Both the position numbers and the translations under genes were made by a program. Under the pieces are notes generated by a model that ran no database searches, was not told the origin of the DNA, and saw only the letters and a program-made list of their open reading frames with translations. Positions 29,572-38,210 of a stretch of 64,000 nucleotides of DNA are shown here, piece after piece. Source of the stretch: Bacilli bacterium (GTDB taxonomy: Bacteria > Bacillota_I > Bacilli_A > ML615J-28 > CAG-698); the NCBI GenBank assembly GCA_045577945.1, contig JAZNJG010000142.1:1516-65515 (forward strand), in the 5' to 3' direction. How positions within the stretch are numbered: the stretch's first letter is position 1; each line of letters starts with the position of its first letter.

Positions 29572-30192
29572 ATGATTTACGATCCTTTTTTTAAGAGAGT
29601 TAGAGAGATTGCTTCAAGAGCCAATATTAAAGCTTTTCAACAAGGCTCAATTAATTGGTATCGTAAAAAAGTGGGTGAACTAACAAATAAACCATCTGCT
29701 CCGGAAATTATAAGAACAAATAGAACTAAAACTATAATCTATCCTGGAAACATGTATATGTTTGTTTATGATGCTAAATGGAAAGATCATCCTGAAATTT
29801 TACCTTATTGGGATCAATTTCCTTTAACTATATGTATTAAAAAGTTAAAAGATGGCTGGCTTGGGTTAAATTTACATTACCTATCTCCTAAACAAAGAGG
29901 TCAATTTCTTGGAGCATTATATGATTTAAGAAGTAATAGTAGATTAGATGAACAAACAAAATTAAGAATTACATATAATTTATTAAAAAACGCAGCAGAA
30001 TATAAATTATTTAAGCCGTGTATAAAAAGATATCTATATAATCACGTCAAAACAAATTATGCAAGAATCCAATCACAAGATTGGCTAACTGCTGTATTTT
30101 TACCAACACAAAGATTTATTGGAGCTTCTAATACTAAAGTGTGGTCCGATTCATCTTTAATCGCATCAGGTCAGAAAATTAAGAGAAAATAA
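29572..30192 (+). CDS. hypothetical protein (206 aa)
   Basis: ORF. Confidence 0.4.
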   Translation: MIYDPFFKRVREIASRANIKAFQQGSINWYRKKVGELTNKPSAPEIIRTNRTKTIIYPGNMYMFVYDAKWKDHPEILPYWDQFPLTICIKKLKDGWLGLNLHYLSPKQRGQFLGALYDLRSNSRLDEQTKLRITYNLLKNAAEYKLFKPCIKRYLYNHVKTNYARIQSQDWLTAVFLPTQRFIGASNTKVWSDSSLIASGQKIKRK

Positions 30193-30194
30193 AA

Positions 30195-30728
30195 ATGAAT
30201 ATTTCAGATATAGTTAAACAAGTTATCAAACGTGGTATATCAAAACTCAATAGATTTCAATTAGAGATAGTTGAGCCACCTAAATTATCAAAAAATGATA
30301 AATTTACTGAATATGGTGTAAGTAATTTTATCAATGAATTAAATTTTCAATGCGAATCCGTTAGTATACCAGGTATTAATATCGAGACAAATGAGAATAT
30401 GTTTATTACACCTGTACGTAAAACAAATAGTGAAATTAAAGTAACTATACGTGTTGGTAAGGATATGAAAGAAAAGAAATTTTTTGATGCGTGGTGTAAT
30501 AATATAATTGATGAAGAAACATACATTGTTCAATATCTTGATAATATTAAAACTACAATTAATATATATAAGATGAATGATGACTTGAGTAAAAAATTAT
30601 ATGGTATACAATTAATTGATGCTTACCCAAAGACAGTTGGGGAAATTACTTTAAGTCAAAATAGTAATGAATATATGATTATAGATGTTAGCTTTGTATG
30701 TAGAAAGCAAAAATATATAAAATTATAG
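30195..30728 (+). CDS. hypothetical protein (177 aa)
   Basis: ORF. Confidence 0.4.
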   Translation: MNISDIVKQVIKRGISKLNRFQLEIVEPPKLSKNDKFTEYGVSNFINELNFQCESVSIPGINIETNENMFITPVRKTNSEIKVTIRVGKDMKEKKFFDAWCNNIIDEETYIVQYLDNIKTTINIYKMNDDLSKKLYGIQLIDAYPKTVGEITLSQNSNEYMIIDVSFVCRKQKYIKL

Positions 30729-30788
30729 ATAATTTACATTGAAATTATAAATCTCCTTATTTAATATTATGAATAAGGAGATTTATTT

Positions 30789-31262
30789 ATGAAAAAAATG
30801 ATAATTTTATTATTTCTATCTCTTATATTTTCAAACAACTTATATGCGTTATCTAAAGTTGATGGTAAAAATATTATCTTATTAACAGCAGCTGAGAGAA
30901 AATTATATGATGATAAAATGACAGTCAATTATGAGGATATCACATTAGAGAGAGCTAGAAATTTTTGTAAAAATATAGGGCAAGTTTTAACTACATATGA
31001 ATTTGAAGAAGTATCTTGCGATTACGTACACCCAACACACGCGACATCTAATTGCTCGAAAAGATTAATAAATTCAGTTATTCCATTTAATGGAGGATTT
31101 AGAACTGCGTCTCCAAGTGAATTAGAAACTCACTATCACAGGGGCGGTGCAACAGTTGCTGTATTAACATTAGGTTTAGTTCCTATTATCATTCCATATA
31201 AAACAAGAATAGTAACTGAGATAAATTGTAGTGAAGGAAAACAAACATACAAGGTAGAATAG
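30789..31262 (+). CDS. secreted protein with an N-terminal signal peptide
   Basis: 'MKKMIILLFLSLIFSNNLYA' signal-peptide-like. Confidence 0.45.
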   Translation: MKKMIILLFLSLIFSNNLYALSKVDGKNIILLTAAERKLYDDKMTVNYEDITLERARNFCKNIGQVLTTYEFEEVSCDYVHPTHATSNCSKRLINSVIPFNGGFRTASPSELETHYHRGGATVAVLTLGLVPIIIPYKTRIVTEINCSEGKQTYKVE

Positions 31263-31271
31263 TATAATTGA

Positions 31272-31343
31272 ATTTGCTTAGGAGAATATTATATGAAAAT
31301 AAGAAACGGTTGGGTAGGAAATTCAAGCAGTAGTTCATTTATT
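31272..31343 (+). repeat. 72-bp perfect direct repeat, copy B2 (RBS + 5' end of paralog 4)
   Basis: identical to 22189..22260. Confidence 0.85.
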
Positions 31344-31745
31344 TTAGTTGGTGAATATCCACAAGAACTTGTCAATCAAAAAGGTAGTCGTTGGTTATAT
31401 AAATTAGAAGGTGAACAAAGAGAACGTGCACTTCGATTTGCAAAAGATGAAATTGAGAATGGTGATGAATACAGATGGTTTGATAACAATGACGAAAGAA
31501 AAGAATTATTAGATAGTAACAAAGATGTATACTTAACTTCATTTTTATCTGATAGTGGTGATTTATTTGATATAGTGTGTAATTTGCCAAACTCATTCCA
31601 TCTTGAAGAAGGTGGGCACGGCTATCCTTATGATGAAGAATGTTTTGATGAATTGGTTGAAGATGAGATTTGGTTAAGAAACGAAGAAAAAACTAAAACT
31701 TATTGGGAAGAAATCGATAGATTTAGTGAAGAAATTGAAATGTGA
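31293..31745 (+). CDS. 'MKIRNGWVGNSSSSSF' family protein, paralog 4
   Basis: 72-nt 5' region identical to 22189..22260. Confidence 0.6.
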   Translation: MKIRNGWVGNSSSSSFILVGEYPQELVNQKGSRWLYKLEGEQRERALRFAKDEIENGDEYRWFDNNDERKELLDSNKDVYLTSFLSDSGDLFDIVCNLPNSFHLEEGGHGYPYDEECFDELVEDEIWLRNEEKTKTYWEEIDRFSEEIEM

Positions 31746-31758
31746 ATATAATTTTTAA

Positions 31759-32007
31759 TTGAAAGGTAATAACATGTATATTAAATATGTATTTGGTATC
31801 TTAATTATTATATTATTAATTTTTATGTTAATTAGATTTTGGGTTAATATATTTAATTCTGAAAAGAAAACTCATATTAGCGATAGAATTAATCATATAG
31901 ATAAGATTAATAAATTAGCTAAGAAAGTTAGAGCTAGTAAGAAAAAATATAAAAACTATAAGTCAAGTAAAGATGTAATTGATGAATTTATGAAAGGTGA
32001 AAAATAA
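31759..32007 (+). CDS. small membrane protein
   Basis: hydrophobic helix 'VFGILIIILLIFMLI'. Confidence 0.4.
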   Translation: MKGNNMYIKYVFGILIIILLIFMLIRFWVNIFNSEKKTHISDRINHIDKINKLAKKVRASKKKYKNYKSSKDVIDEFMKGEK

Positions 32008-33182
32008 TGTTTGAAGATTTTTTTTATGACGAAGATGGTAATATTCGTATGAAACGTGTTATCGGTGTAATAGTAACATTAGCATTTATTATTGCCTCGT
32101 TCCTATTATTTGATGGGGTTTGGGAGAATAATAAGGCATCAAACTATCAAATTAAACAGGCTGCAGTTTCTGGTAATTTAAGTGTTAAAAATGATGCTGG
32201 TGTATATGTTAAGTGGTTTGGTGATATTACTACATATCGAAAAGTATCTAGTTTAGATTTTGAAGAAGAAAATATTAAAGTTAGATTTAATGATGGTTCT
32301 GAAGCAGGTATCAAAGGTAAAGTAACATTTAGATTACCTACAAATCCTGATTTACAGAAAAAACTACATATTGAATATCATGATTTTGATAACGTTGTTA
32401 AAAATTTAATTAAACCTAATGTAGAAGAATCATTAAAACAAGCAGCAACATTAATGACAGCTGAAGAATCCTATTCTTCTGGAAGAACCAATTTTATTAG
32501 TGCTGCCGAACAACAAGCTAAATTAGGTATTTTTAAAACAATTTCTAAAGAATCAGATTCTGAAGATGGAACAGTAAAGAGAACAATTCGTGTAGCTTTT
32601 GATAGTAACGGAAATCCAATTATTCAAAAACCTACAATGTTAAAAGAATATGGTATTGAAATCACACAATTTACAGTGTCTGATTTTGAATTTGATGATG
32701 TCGTTAAAAATTTAATTGCTGAAAAGAAGAAGAAAGAACAAGAACAAGTAGTATCACGTTCTGAAGCTGAAAAAGCAAAACAAGAAGCAATTACAGAGAA
32801 AGAAAGAGGTGAAGCTCGTATTGCTAAACAAAGAGCAGATTCTGAAGTAATTAAAACAGCTGCTGTTATTGAAGCTCAAAAGAAAGCAGAGGTTGCGAAG
32901 CTTGAAGCTGAGCAAGCAAAATATGAAGCACAAAAAATTAGAGAACAAGGTGCTGCAGAAGCGTATGCTAATGAATTAAAAGTAAAAGCTGGTTTAACAC
33001 CATTAGAAAAAGCTCAAATTGAAAAAGAAACAAAAATCGGTATTGCACAAGCACTATCCAAAGTACAATTCCCATCAAGTATGGTTATTTCAGGTGGATC
33101 TAATAGCGGTACAAATCCATTTGATGCTGTTGGATTACAATCATTATATGAATTATCTGAAAAAATGTCTATAAAGAAATAG
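32007..33182 (+). CDS. SPFH/band-7 (prohibitin/HflK-like) membrane protein
   Basis: N-terminal TM segment; long Ala/Glu/Lys coiled-coil region typical of SPFH proteins. Confidence 0.5.
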   Translation: MFEDFFYDEDGNIRMKRVIGVIVTLAFIIASFLLFDGVWENNKASNYQIKQAAVSGNLSVKNDAGVYVKWFGDITTYRKVSSLDFEEENIKVRFNDGSEAGIKGKVTFRLPTNPDLQKKLHIEYHDFDNVVKNLIKPNVEESLKQAATLMTAEESYSSGRTNFISAAEQQAKLGIFKTISKESDSEDGTVKRTIRVAFDSNGNPIIQKPTMLKEYGIEITQFTVSDFEFDDVVKNLIAEKKKKEQEQVVSRSEAEKAKQEAITEKERGEARIAKQRADSEVIKTAAVIEAQKKAEVAKLEAEQAKYEAQKIREQGAAEAYANELKVKAGLTPLEKAQIEKETKIGIAQALSKVQFPSSMVISGGSNSGTNPFDAVGLQSLYELSEKMSIKK

Positions 33183-33198
33183 ATTATAGAGGTATATA

Positions 33199-33786
33199 AT
33201 GAGCAAATATATTATATATAGTTTTTATTGTATGGCATTAGTGATTGCAAATGTAATTGCAAATAGAATTGGACAAATAGGTTGGTTTTCTGTTGCAGGT
33301 AACCCACTAGCATACGTAACCTGTTTTTTATTCTGTGATATTATGAATGAAAAATATGGTGAAGTAGAAGCCAGAAAATTAGTTAATACAGGGTTTTTAG
33401 TTTCGATTGGGTATATGGTTTTATTATACTCAACATATCTAATTCCAGCAGGTGATTTACAGTACGATGAATCATTTAAGTTAGTTTTTAATAATAGCTA
33501 TAGAGCGGTTTTAGCGTCACTATGTGCATATCTAATTTCTAATCATATTGATGTTAAAATATTTAGTTATCTCAGACGAAAGAAGAAAGGTAAAGTAACT
33601 AGAAAAGTTATATCAACAATTATAAGTCAATTTATTGATAGCTCAATATTTGCGTTAGTTGCTTTTTTAGGTGTATTTGATCTAACATCTTTAGTATCAA
33701 TTATTATAAGCGAGTATTTAATTAAAACAATTATTAACTTATCTGAAACTCCAATTTATTGTCTATTAACAAGAAAGGGAAAATAA
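33199..33786 (+). CDS. YhhQ/QueT-family (DUF165) 7-deazaguanine precursor transporter
   Basis: 'ALVIANVIANRIGQIGWFSVAGNPLAYVTCFLFCDIMNEKYGEVEARKLVNTGF' matches the YhhQ pattern SN....LP..G...G...FP..F...D...E..G...AR; six predicted TM helices. Confidence 0.55.
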   Translation: MSKYIIYSFYCMALVIANVIANRIGQIGWFSVAGNPLAYVTCFLFCDIMNEKYGEVEARKLVNTGFLVSIGYMVLLYSTYLIPAGDLQYDESFKLVFNNSYRAVLASLCAYLISNHIDVKIFSYLRRKKKGKVTRKVISTIISQFIDSSIFALVAFLGVFDLTSLVSIIISEYLIKTIINLSETPIYCLLTRKGK

Positions 33787-34074
33787 ATGAAAAAAATATT
33801 ATATACAGTTTGTATTTTAACATTATTATCTGGTTGTGCTTCTAATAGCATATTAAATCAAGAAGGTAGTAATTATGTAAGAACTGGTGTTTTTAAAGAT
33901 AGTTTTGATCATCAACAGTATAACTATATAGAAACAGGAAAAACTATATCATTTGATAAACATAACTCTATTAATGCTTTTGGTGGTGTTCAAAGTTCAG
34001 CATCTGAAAAAGTGTTTGATTTTGAAGATAGGTATGAAGATTACTGGGAAGTTAATTACGAATTTCGCTGGTAA
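33787..34074 (+). CDS. small lipoprotein
   Basis: lipobox 'LLSGCAS'. Confidence 0.5.
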   Translation: MKKILYTVCILTLLSGCASNSILNQEGSNYVRTGVFKDSFDHQQYNYIETGKTISFDKHNSINAFGGVQSSASEKVFDFEDRYEDYWEVNYEFRW

Positions 34075-34079
34075 TTAAG

Positions 34080-34108
34080 GGGAGGAAATAATTTCCTCCT
34101 TTTTTATT
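34080..34108 (+). terminator. terminator; same hairpin sequence as 44059
   Basis: 'ggaggaaataatttcctcc' + 'ttttttatttttttat'. Confidence 0.6.
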
Positions 34109-34126
34109 TTTTTATTGATTTTTTAG

Positions 34127-34154
34127 TTGATTTATTAAATTTTTTATATATAAT
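34127..34154 (+). promoter_or_regulatory. sigma70-like promoter
   Basis: TTGATT-16-TATAAT. Confidence 0.4.
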
Positions 34155-34185
34155 AAATTTATAATATTTAATAAAGGAGATTAAA

Positions 34186-34341
34186 ATGAAAGATATATTA
34201 AAAGGTATTGTATATGGATTTTGTGGTAGTGTTGCTGCTTACTTTGTATTCATGTTTTTTATCAACACTTTATTATGGTGGTGTACAGATGAATCAGAAA
34301 TGTTTTATCAACCTGTTTGGAATATAACAAAATTAATGTAG
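34186..34341 (+). CDS. small membrane protein (51 aa)
   Basis: ATG at 34186 after promoter TTGATT-16-TATAAT and RBS 'aaaggaga'; hydrophobic. Confidence 0.3.
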   Translation: MKDILKGIVYGFCGSVAAYFVFMFFINTLLWWCTDESEMFYQPVWNITKLM

Positions 34342-34469
34342 ATAAAACTATAATATTCACGGCACCCAAGGCCCGCAGTCACACTCGAACGACCATCATG
34401 ACCAGAACGAGCCCGCGAACCACAATGAGAACTATCGTTCCAACCACCACCAGAAAGCAAAACACCCAT
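34308..34469 (-). CDS. mini-ORF consisting of a decayed DGR variable-repeat copy (VR2)
   Basis: 54 codons, 'MGVLLSGGGWNDSSHCGSRARSGHDGRSSVTAGLGC...', in the same reading frame as the TR/VR1 codons. Confidence 0.3.
   Translation of the reverse strand: MGVLLSGGGWNDSSHCGSRARSGHDGRSSVTAGLGCREYYSFIYINFVIFQTG
34361..34466 (-). repeat. DGR variable-repeat-like copy 2 (degenerate)
   Basis: about 85 % identical to the TR; most differences are at TR adenines, a few are not. Confidence 0.6.
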
Positions 34470-34496
34470 ATAATTTTAAAAACTTTTATAAAAAAG

Positions 34497-34522
34497 AAAC
34501 AGCTCGTATCAACGAGCTGTTT
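34497..34522 (-). terminator. hairpin terminator downstream of the DGR target gene
   Basis: perfect 10-bp stem 'aaacagctcg/cgagctgttt', followed on the minus strand by 'cttttttat'. Confidence 0.5.
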
Positions 34523-34590
34523 AGGTTTATTTGAGACTGAGAGCTTTTAACTACTACGTAGTTGGGTCCCTGGACCTGAGGTCCCTCTCG

Positions 34591-35673
34591 CTACGCTTGG
34601 TTTATATTTGGACTACGCCCGCGGCACCCATCGCCCGCATTCACATGCGAACGACCAACAGCACCAGTACGAGCCCGCGAACCACAATCAGAACCATTGT
34701 CCCAATCACCACCAGCACGCAAAACATAACAAGCTCCGTAATATGCACCTTTTGATGTATCTTGTAATTGAGTCCATCCTGAGCCACCAGAAGCTGAAGG
34801 AGATTCTAGCCATTGCCAGAGATAGCCACACATTTCTTCACACCCGTAATTAGAAATCATTCTTCTACTCGCTGTATCTACGTGGCCACCAGAAGTTTTT
34901 GGATTTGGAGCAGCAGCACCATAAATTGAAGTTTTTTGATTAGATCCTTCAGCAGCGCATTGAAATTCTGTATCTCCTAGAGGTTGTTTCTTGACATACA
35001 TTAAATCTTCATAATGAAGAGGTGGGTTTCTTGAATCAGTTACTGTACCACCATAAACAGACATTGTATTGGTTCCAGTTCCAGATTGTAAATATATATC
35101 ACACCAGAAATTTAAGGGCTCAATATAAACCATACCTTCAGGCGAGCAGTGAGGGCGTCTATTCAAACACCAAACTGAAGCCGGTAAAATTTCTCCTGCA
35201 ATATAACCTGATAATGGGTGATCTGTAATTGTACCTACATTTACACATAATGTGTGAAATCCACCAATTTTTCTAGTATTATTAGCTGTGAATCCTGTCG
35301 GGTATGTTGAGTTTTTAGAACACTTAAATCCTATTTGACCATTATTATTATATATGTAAATATAATAATTTGCACCTGCATCTAATGTAGTCCCATTATC
35401 TAGTATATCTAATACATTTAATGTAGTATCTTCGGGTATTGAATAGAACATATCATTACCATCAACATTTAATCTAATAAATGTCCCAGCAGCTATTGTT
35501 AAAGTTTGTCTATCACTAGCTGACATAAAAGGTGTTGAGTATGCAGAAAAATCGACTTTAAAGTCTGCACTCGCTTTATTTTTAAGTGCATCAATGTCAG
35601 TATTCATTGTTGAGAGGGTATCTTTAAGAGTATCAACACGTTCAACAGGTATTTTACTTGTATTAACAACCAT
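34591..35673 (-). CDS. DGR target protein (putative receptor-binding/tail-fibre-like, C-type-lectin-type variable C-terminus)
   Basis: C-terminal 37 codons are the variable repeat; C-terminus '...AGGDWDNGSDCGSRARTGAVGRSHVNAGDGCRGRSPNINQA*' vs TR-encoded 'AGGNWNNSSNCGSRARNGNDGRSNVNANNGCRGR'. Confidence 0.8.
   Translation of the reverse strand: MVVNTSKIPVERVDTLKDTLSTMNTDIDALKNKASADFKVDFSAYSTPFMSASDRQTLTIAAGTFIRLNVDGNDMFYSIPEDTTLNVLDILDNGTTLDAGANYYIYIYNNNGQIGFKCSKNSTYPTGFTANNTRKIGGFHTLCVNVGTITDHPLSGYIAGEILPASVWCLNRRPHCSPEGMVYIEPLNFWCDIYLQSGTGTNTMSVYGGTVTDSRNPPLHYEDLMYVKKQPLGDTEFQCAAEGSNQKTSIYGAAAPNPKTSGGHVDTASRRMISNYGCEEMCGYLWQWLESPSASGGSGWTQLQDTSKGAYYGACYVLRAGGDWDNGSDCGSRARTGAVGRSHVNAGDGCRGRSPNINQA
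34615..34726 (-). repeat. DGR variable repeat (VR1)
   Basis: 112 nt; the 14 mismatches to the TR are all at TR adenines. Confidence 0.85.
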
Positions 35674-35683
35674 TATTTTTTTC

Positions 35684-36019
35684 CTATTTAATTAAAGTTT
35701 CAATTTCTTCTTTAGTAAACCCTATACGAAATATATATGCATTAGAGTCTTCAACGAATTCGTATTGATGACGAATAGGGCTTGTTAGTTTATTACCATC
35801 TTTATCTTCTTCCTCTATAATAATTTTATGAGTTTCATCTTCAACACCATCACCAACTAATTCTGTTTCTTGCCAAATAAAACGATTATCATAAGCTTCT
35901 TTTAATTTTTGTTTTCCATACATACCAAATAATTCAATACAGTTTAAGTAATCTTCTTTGGTATTAAAAAATTTAGGTAAACCTCTCATTAAACATTTCC
36001 TTTCTAATATTTTATACAT
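35684..36019 (-). CDS. hypothetical acidic protein (111 aa) upstream of the DGR target
   Basis: ORF; does not look like a basic Avd. Confidence 0.4.
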   Translation of the reverse strand: MYKILERKCLMRGLPKFFNTKEDYLNCIELFGMYGKQKLKEAYDNRFIWQETELVGDGVEDETHKIIIEEEDKDGNKLTSPIRHQYEFVEDSNAYIFRIGFTKEEIETLIK

Positions 36020-36073
36020 ATATTCAATAATATTTATACTAGAATCGGCTATGAATAATTGTTAAAAAAATAG

Positions 36074-36101
36074 TTGTTTTTTAATTTATTTATGTTATAA
36101 T
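36074..36101 (+). promoter_or_regulatory. sigma70-like promoter upstream of the DGR TR-RT unit
   Basis: TTGTTT-16-TATAAT. Confidence 0.4.
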
Positions 36102-36190
36102 CATAGATGTGATTATAAAAATCACAGGTTATAGGTTTACAATACACTGTAAGTTTTGCATAACGACGCATTACATACAAAGCAAAACCT

Positions 36191-36302
36191 TGTTTTGCAT
36201 GCTGGTGGTAATTGGAACAATAGTTCTAATTGTGGTTCACGAGCTCGTAATGGTAATGATGGTCGTTCGAATGTGAATGCGAACAATGGGTGCCGCGGGC
36301 GT
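36191..36302 (+). repeat. DGR template repeat (TR)
   Basis: AAY-codon-rich 112-nt segment 147 nt upstream of the RT; invariant template for VR1 and VR2. Confidence 0.85.
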
Positions 36303-36448
36303 GATATATTAACACCAATTTAGTTAATAGCCGAATCTATATTCCTTGGTATTAATTTACCAAAATAACACTAAGAAAGACTATCGAAGCTAGTAATAAT
36401 ATATGAACGTTTTGATAGTCTTAACCTTTATATAAAGAGAAGCATACT

Positions 36449-38119
36449 ATGAAGAGATATGGTAATTTTTGGGATAATATAGTTACAAAATCAAATATTT
36501 TATTATCATATTTAAATGCTAAAGTTGGTAAGAGAAAGAAAAGAAATGTAAGACGCTTTTATAAAAACTGGCGTGAAAATCTTGATAAAATACAACATTC
36601 TCTCAAATTTTTTACATTTAAAACTGGTCAATATAATAGCAAAGAATTATACGAACCAAAGAAAAGAGTTATATACATATTACCATTTAATCCAGATCGA
36701 ATCGTTCAACACGCAGTTATGAATGAAATTAAAAAGATCTGGAATAAAATTTTTATTAGCGATAGTTATGCTTGTCGTGACAAAAAAGGAATGCACCGAG
36801 GATCAAATAAAGTTAGAGGGTGGGTAAAGATTAATAAGTATTGTCTTAAAATGGATGTAAGAAAATTTTATCTTAATATTAATCATGAAATATTAAAGAC
36901 AATTATAAGAAAAAAGTTAAAAGATATATACCTTTTAAAAGTTTTTGATAATATCATTGATAGTTTTCCAGGTGAGATAAATGTTCCTATAGGAAATTTT
37001 ACATCTCAATGGTTTGGTAATCTATATATGAATGAACTAGATTATTATGTAAAACATACACTTCATTGTAAATATTATATTCGATATTGTGATGATTTTT
37101 GTTTATTTAGTAATAATAAACAACAATTACATGATTGGTCGGCTTTGATAAAGCAATTTTTAAAAGATAAATTACAATTAGAGTTAAGTAAAAATGATGT
37201 TTTTCCTGTAACAAGAGGTGTTGATTTTTTAGGTTATCGCCATTTTCCAAATAAAGTTTTAGTTCGAAAAAGAACTATTAAAAAATTTAAAAAAATTTTT
37301 AGAAAAATTGCAAAGAAAATTCAAGAAGATAACTACAATAATTACACATACATTCTTGGTTTTTTGAATTCATCTAAAGGTTGGTTAGATCATGCTAATA
37401 CTCATCGATTTAAAGAAAGGTGGAAAATTGAAGAACTAATTAAATTATTAAGAGTATGTGAATATAGTAAATTCAAAAAGCTATTCATATATGTTGCGAA
37501 TATACCTGCAAAAACATATATAATTAATGATGAGAGAATAAATGAGATTATTCAAGAAGCAAGAAGTATTAAAATTAACAAAACTCAGACAATGAAGAAA
37601 TCAATAAAAATAGATATTAGTAAATTAAAAAATTTTCAATACACACCATATGCTGAACCAGGTGATTGGATGAATTTGAGTGAACAATTTAAAATAAATA
37701 CTTTTAACGATATGGAATGTGAAAATTTATTTTTAAAAGAATTGGATATGAATAGTGAATTAAAGAAAGAAATCGTGTCATTATCAGATTTAATAGGTGC
37801 TAGTAAAATAAAATACCCAACTATTAAATTAGAAGAAATAATAGATATTGATGTACTAATACATAGTATGTATATAGCACCAAGTATTAAAAGTGAGGGT
37901 AAAGATTATGCACGATTTATAATTACAAAATTAGATAGTGATGAAAAGCTAACATTTACAACTGAAAGTGTATCTGTTGTTGATAGTGTAAAAAGAGTAT
38001 TAGCGAAATTTGATTCATTAAATATAAGTGAAGAATCTAGACCACTTATCAAATCTAGATTTGTATATGAATTTTCAAAAAAATCAGGTAGACGGTATAT
38101 AAAAATGATTTCTTTATGA
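36449..38119 (+). CDS. DGR reverse transcriptase with a ~200-aa C-terminal extension
   Basis: 'VPIGNFTSQWFGN' (DGR-type IGxxxSQ motif); 'YIRYCDDFCLF' (YxDD); 'VDFLGYRHF'. Confidence 0.85.
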   Translation: MKRYGNFWDNIVTKSNILLSYLNAKVGKRKKRNVRRFYKNWRENLDKIQHSLKFFTFKTGQYNSKELYEPKKRVIYILPFNPDRIVQHAVMNEIKKIWNKIFISDSYACRDKKGMHRGSNKVRGWVKINKYCLKMDVRKFYLNINHEILKTIIRKKLKDIYLLKVFDNIIDSFPGEINVPIGNFTSQWFGNLYMNELDYYVKHTLHCKYYIRYCDDFCLFSNNKQQLHDWSALIKQFLKDKLQLELSKNDVFPVTRGVDFLGYRHFPNKVLVRKRTIKKFKKIFRKIAKKIQEDNYNNYTYILGFLNSSKGWLDHANTHRFKERWKIEELIKLLRVCEYSKFKKLFIYVANIPAKTYIINDERINEIIQEARSIKINKTQTMKKSIKIDISKLKNFQYTPYAEPGDWMNLSEQFKINTFNDMECENLFLKELDMNSELKKEIVSLSDLIGASKIKYPTIKLEEIIDIDVLIHSMYIAPSIKSEGKDYARFIITKLDSDEKLTFTTESVSVVDSVKRVLAKFDSLNISEESRPLIKSRFVYEFSKKSGRRYIKMISL

Positions 38120-38210
38120 AATATATATTGATTTTTTATAATTTATATACTATATATTATATATATTATATAAAAGTTATAATACACTGTGAATATGAAT
38201 TTTATTTTTT

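Noticed and set aside
34317-34755. Two plus-strand ORFs (34317..34550 and 34531..34755) with Pro/Thr/Arg-rich translations
   Set aside because: They are the antisense reading of the GC-rich DGR variable repeats and the target gene's 3' end. Their low-complexity translations (TTRT/PRTT) are an artefact of reading AAY/GGN-rich codons backwards.
34361-36302. Invertase-type (Gin/Hin-like) tail-fibre switching, suggested by the inverted repeat copies
   Set aside because: No recombinase gene is nearby. The copies differ specifically at template adenines and sit next to a reverse transcriptase, which fits a DGR and not site-specific inversion.
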